Shown here: in pieces, positions 62,998-64,000 of the stretch | How the letters are laid out: every line of letters begins with the position of its first letter | How positions within the stretch are numbered: the stretch's first letter is position 1 | Assembly (NCBI RefSeq): GCF_009914755.1 | Contig: NC_060931.1 | Length of the DNA stretch: 64,000 nt | DNA from: the human T2T-CHM13v2.0 reference genome, Homo sapiens | Reading direction: 5' to 3' (one strand) | Translations under genes and position numbers: made by a program | The notes under the pieces: model-generated | Told to the model about the DNA's origin: nothing | The model's input: the letters and a program-made list of their open reading frames with translations, nothing else | Database searches by the model: none

Positions 62998-63538
62998 TGA
63001 AACTGCCCTCACAGGGTTAACCTGAACCACATGCCGCGTTCTGGGTGCAGATAGAGTTGTGATGAAGCATTCTTCAGGCTGCACTGTGGCCCAGTTCGTG
63101 GGTGCTGAAGTCCTGTAACCCTCGCCCTGGACCACGTGCAGCCCCAGTATTCCTACAGAGAGGATGGCTGATGTTAGCATTATGAGGCTCTTGTTTAAGA
63201 ATTGCCAAGTTGTGCCTCAACTCCTGGATTCCAGCAGAAAAGCTGACTCCGACCAGTGTGAAGACCCCACAGAGGAGCGGAGTCCGCCTGAGAATGCAGG
63301 TTCTTCCTCTCTCTGTCCCATGACTTCTCCCCGCGCTCTTCCACCCATCAATGATCTGGTCCCACACCTCGGCCCACCCTGACCCCCTGAAATCCCTAGC
63401 CCCAAACTCGCCAGGGGGCGGATTTGAGTTCTCCCTTCTGCTTGTTTGCAGGCCTTGGGATTAAAACTCTGTCCTCTGCAACCCTGGGTGTGGGTGTCTG
63501 AGTACTGACTCACTGTGCCCCGGGCCTGTTACAGTCAC
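62998..63538 (+). mobile_element. ERV1 MER4-group solo LTR (subfamily uncertain)
   Basis: TGAAACTGCCCTCACAGGGTTAAC start, GAAGACCCCACAGAGGA, CCCTAGCCCCAAACTC, ATTAAA, CA end. Confidence 0.8.
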
Positions 63539-63636
63539 AGTACATCCTCAGGGCCCGTCCATATTGTCGTCTGTGTCAGAAGCCCCTTCCTAGGATTGAA
63601 TAGTATTCCAAAATTGTTTGACTTTTTCAACCCATA

Positions 63637-64000
63637 ATTTTTTTTTAATTATACTTTAAGTTCTAGGGTACATGTGCACAATGTGCAGGTTTGTTACATA
63701 TGTATACATGTGCCATGTTGGTGTGCTGCACCCATTAACTCGTCATTTAGTATTAGGTATATCTCCTAATGCTATCCCTCCCCCCTCCCCACACCCCACA
63801 ACAGGCCCCAGTGTGTGATGTTCTTCCTGTGCCCATGTGTTCTCATTGTTCAATTCCCACCTATGGGTGAGAACATGCGGTGTTTGGTTTTTTGTCCTTG
63901 TGATAGTTTGCTGAGAATGATGGTTTCCAGCTTCATCCATGTCCCTACAAAGGACATGAACTCATCCTTTTTCATAGCTGCATAGTATTCCATGGTGTAT
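63637..64000 (-). mobile_element. L1PA (L1PA4/5-like) 3' end, continues beyond the window
   Basis: Poly-T then ATTATACTTTAAGTTCTAGGGTACATGTGCAC; ORF2 C-terminal region. Confidence 0.97.

Overview
Primate (human-like) non-coding genomic DNA. More than half of the window is interspersed repeats: about 54 Alu elements or fragments, L1 (young L1PA and old L1M), L2, MIR, MaLR LTRs including a complete MSTA LTR-int-LTR element, ERV1 solo LTRs and Tigger/Charlie DNA transposons. It also has a 40-bp VNTR, a CA-rich minisatellite and microsatellites. I find no supportable protein-coding exon, RNA gene or CRISPR array; the ORF-track entries are explained by repeats or chance. Repeat subfamily names come from recalled consensus sequences, boundaries are approximate, and counts are manual. 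The unexplained signal is in the unique DNA: (i) five repeat-free, AT-rich, homeodomain-site-dense islands (~5.1, 21.8, 39.3, 43.0, 53.7 kb) plus an orphan CpG island, resembling a long-range developmental enhancer archipelago; (ii) two CpG-undepleted, moderate-GC segments (51.46-51.87 kb and 59.66-60.26 kb) with RFX X-box-like sites, inverted repeats, a 14-bp hairpin and short ORFs; (iii) several non-canonical retrotransposition products. No new biological system can be established from sequence alone; the segments in (ii) are the best candidates to test. The locus is not identified.
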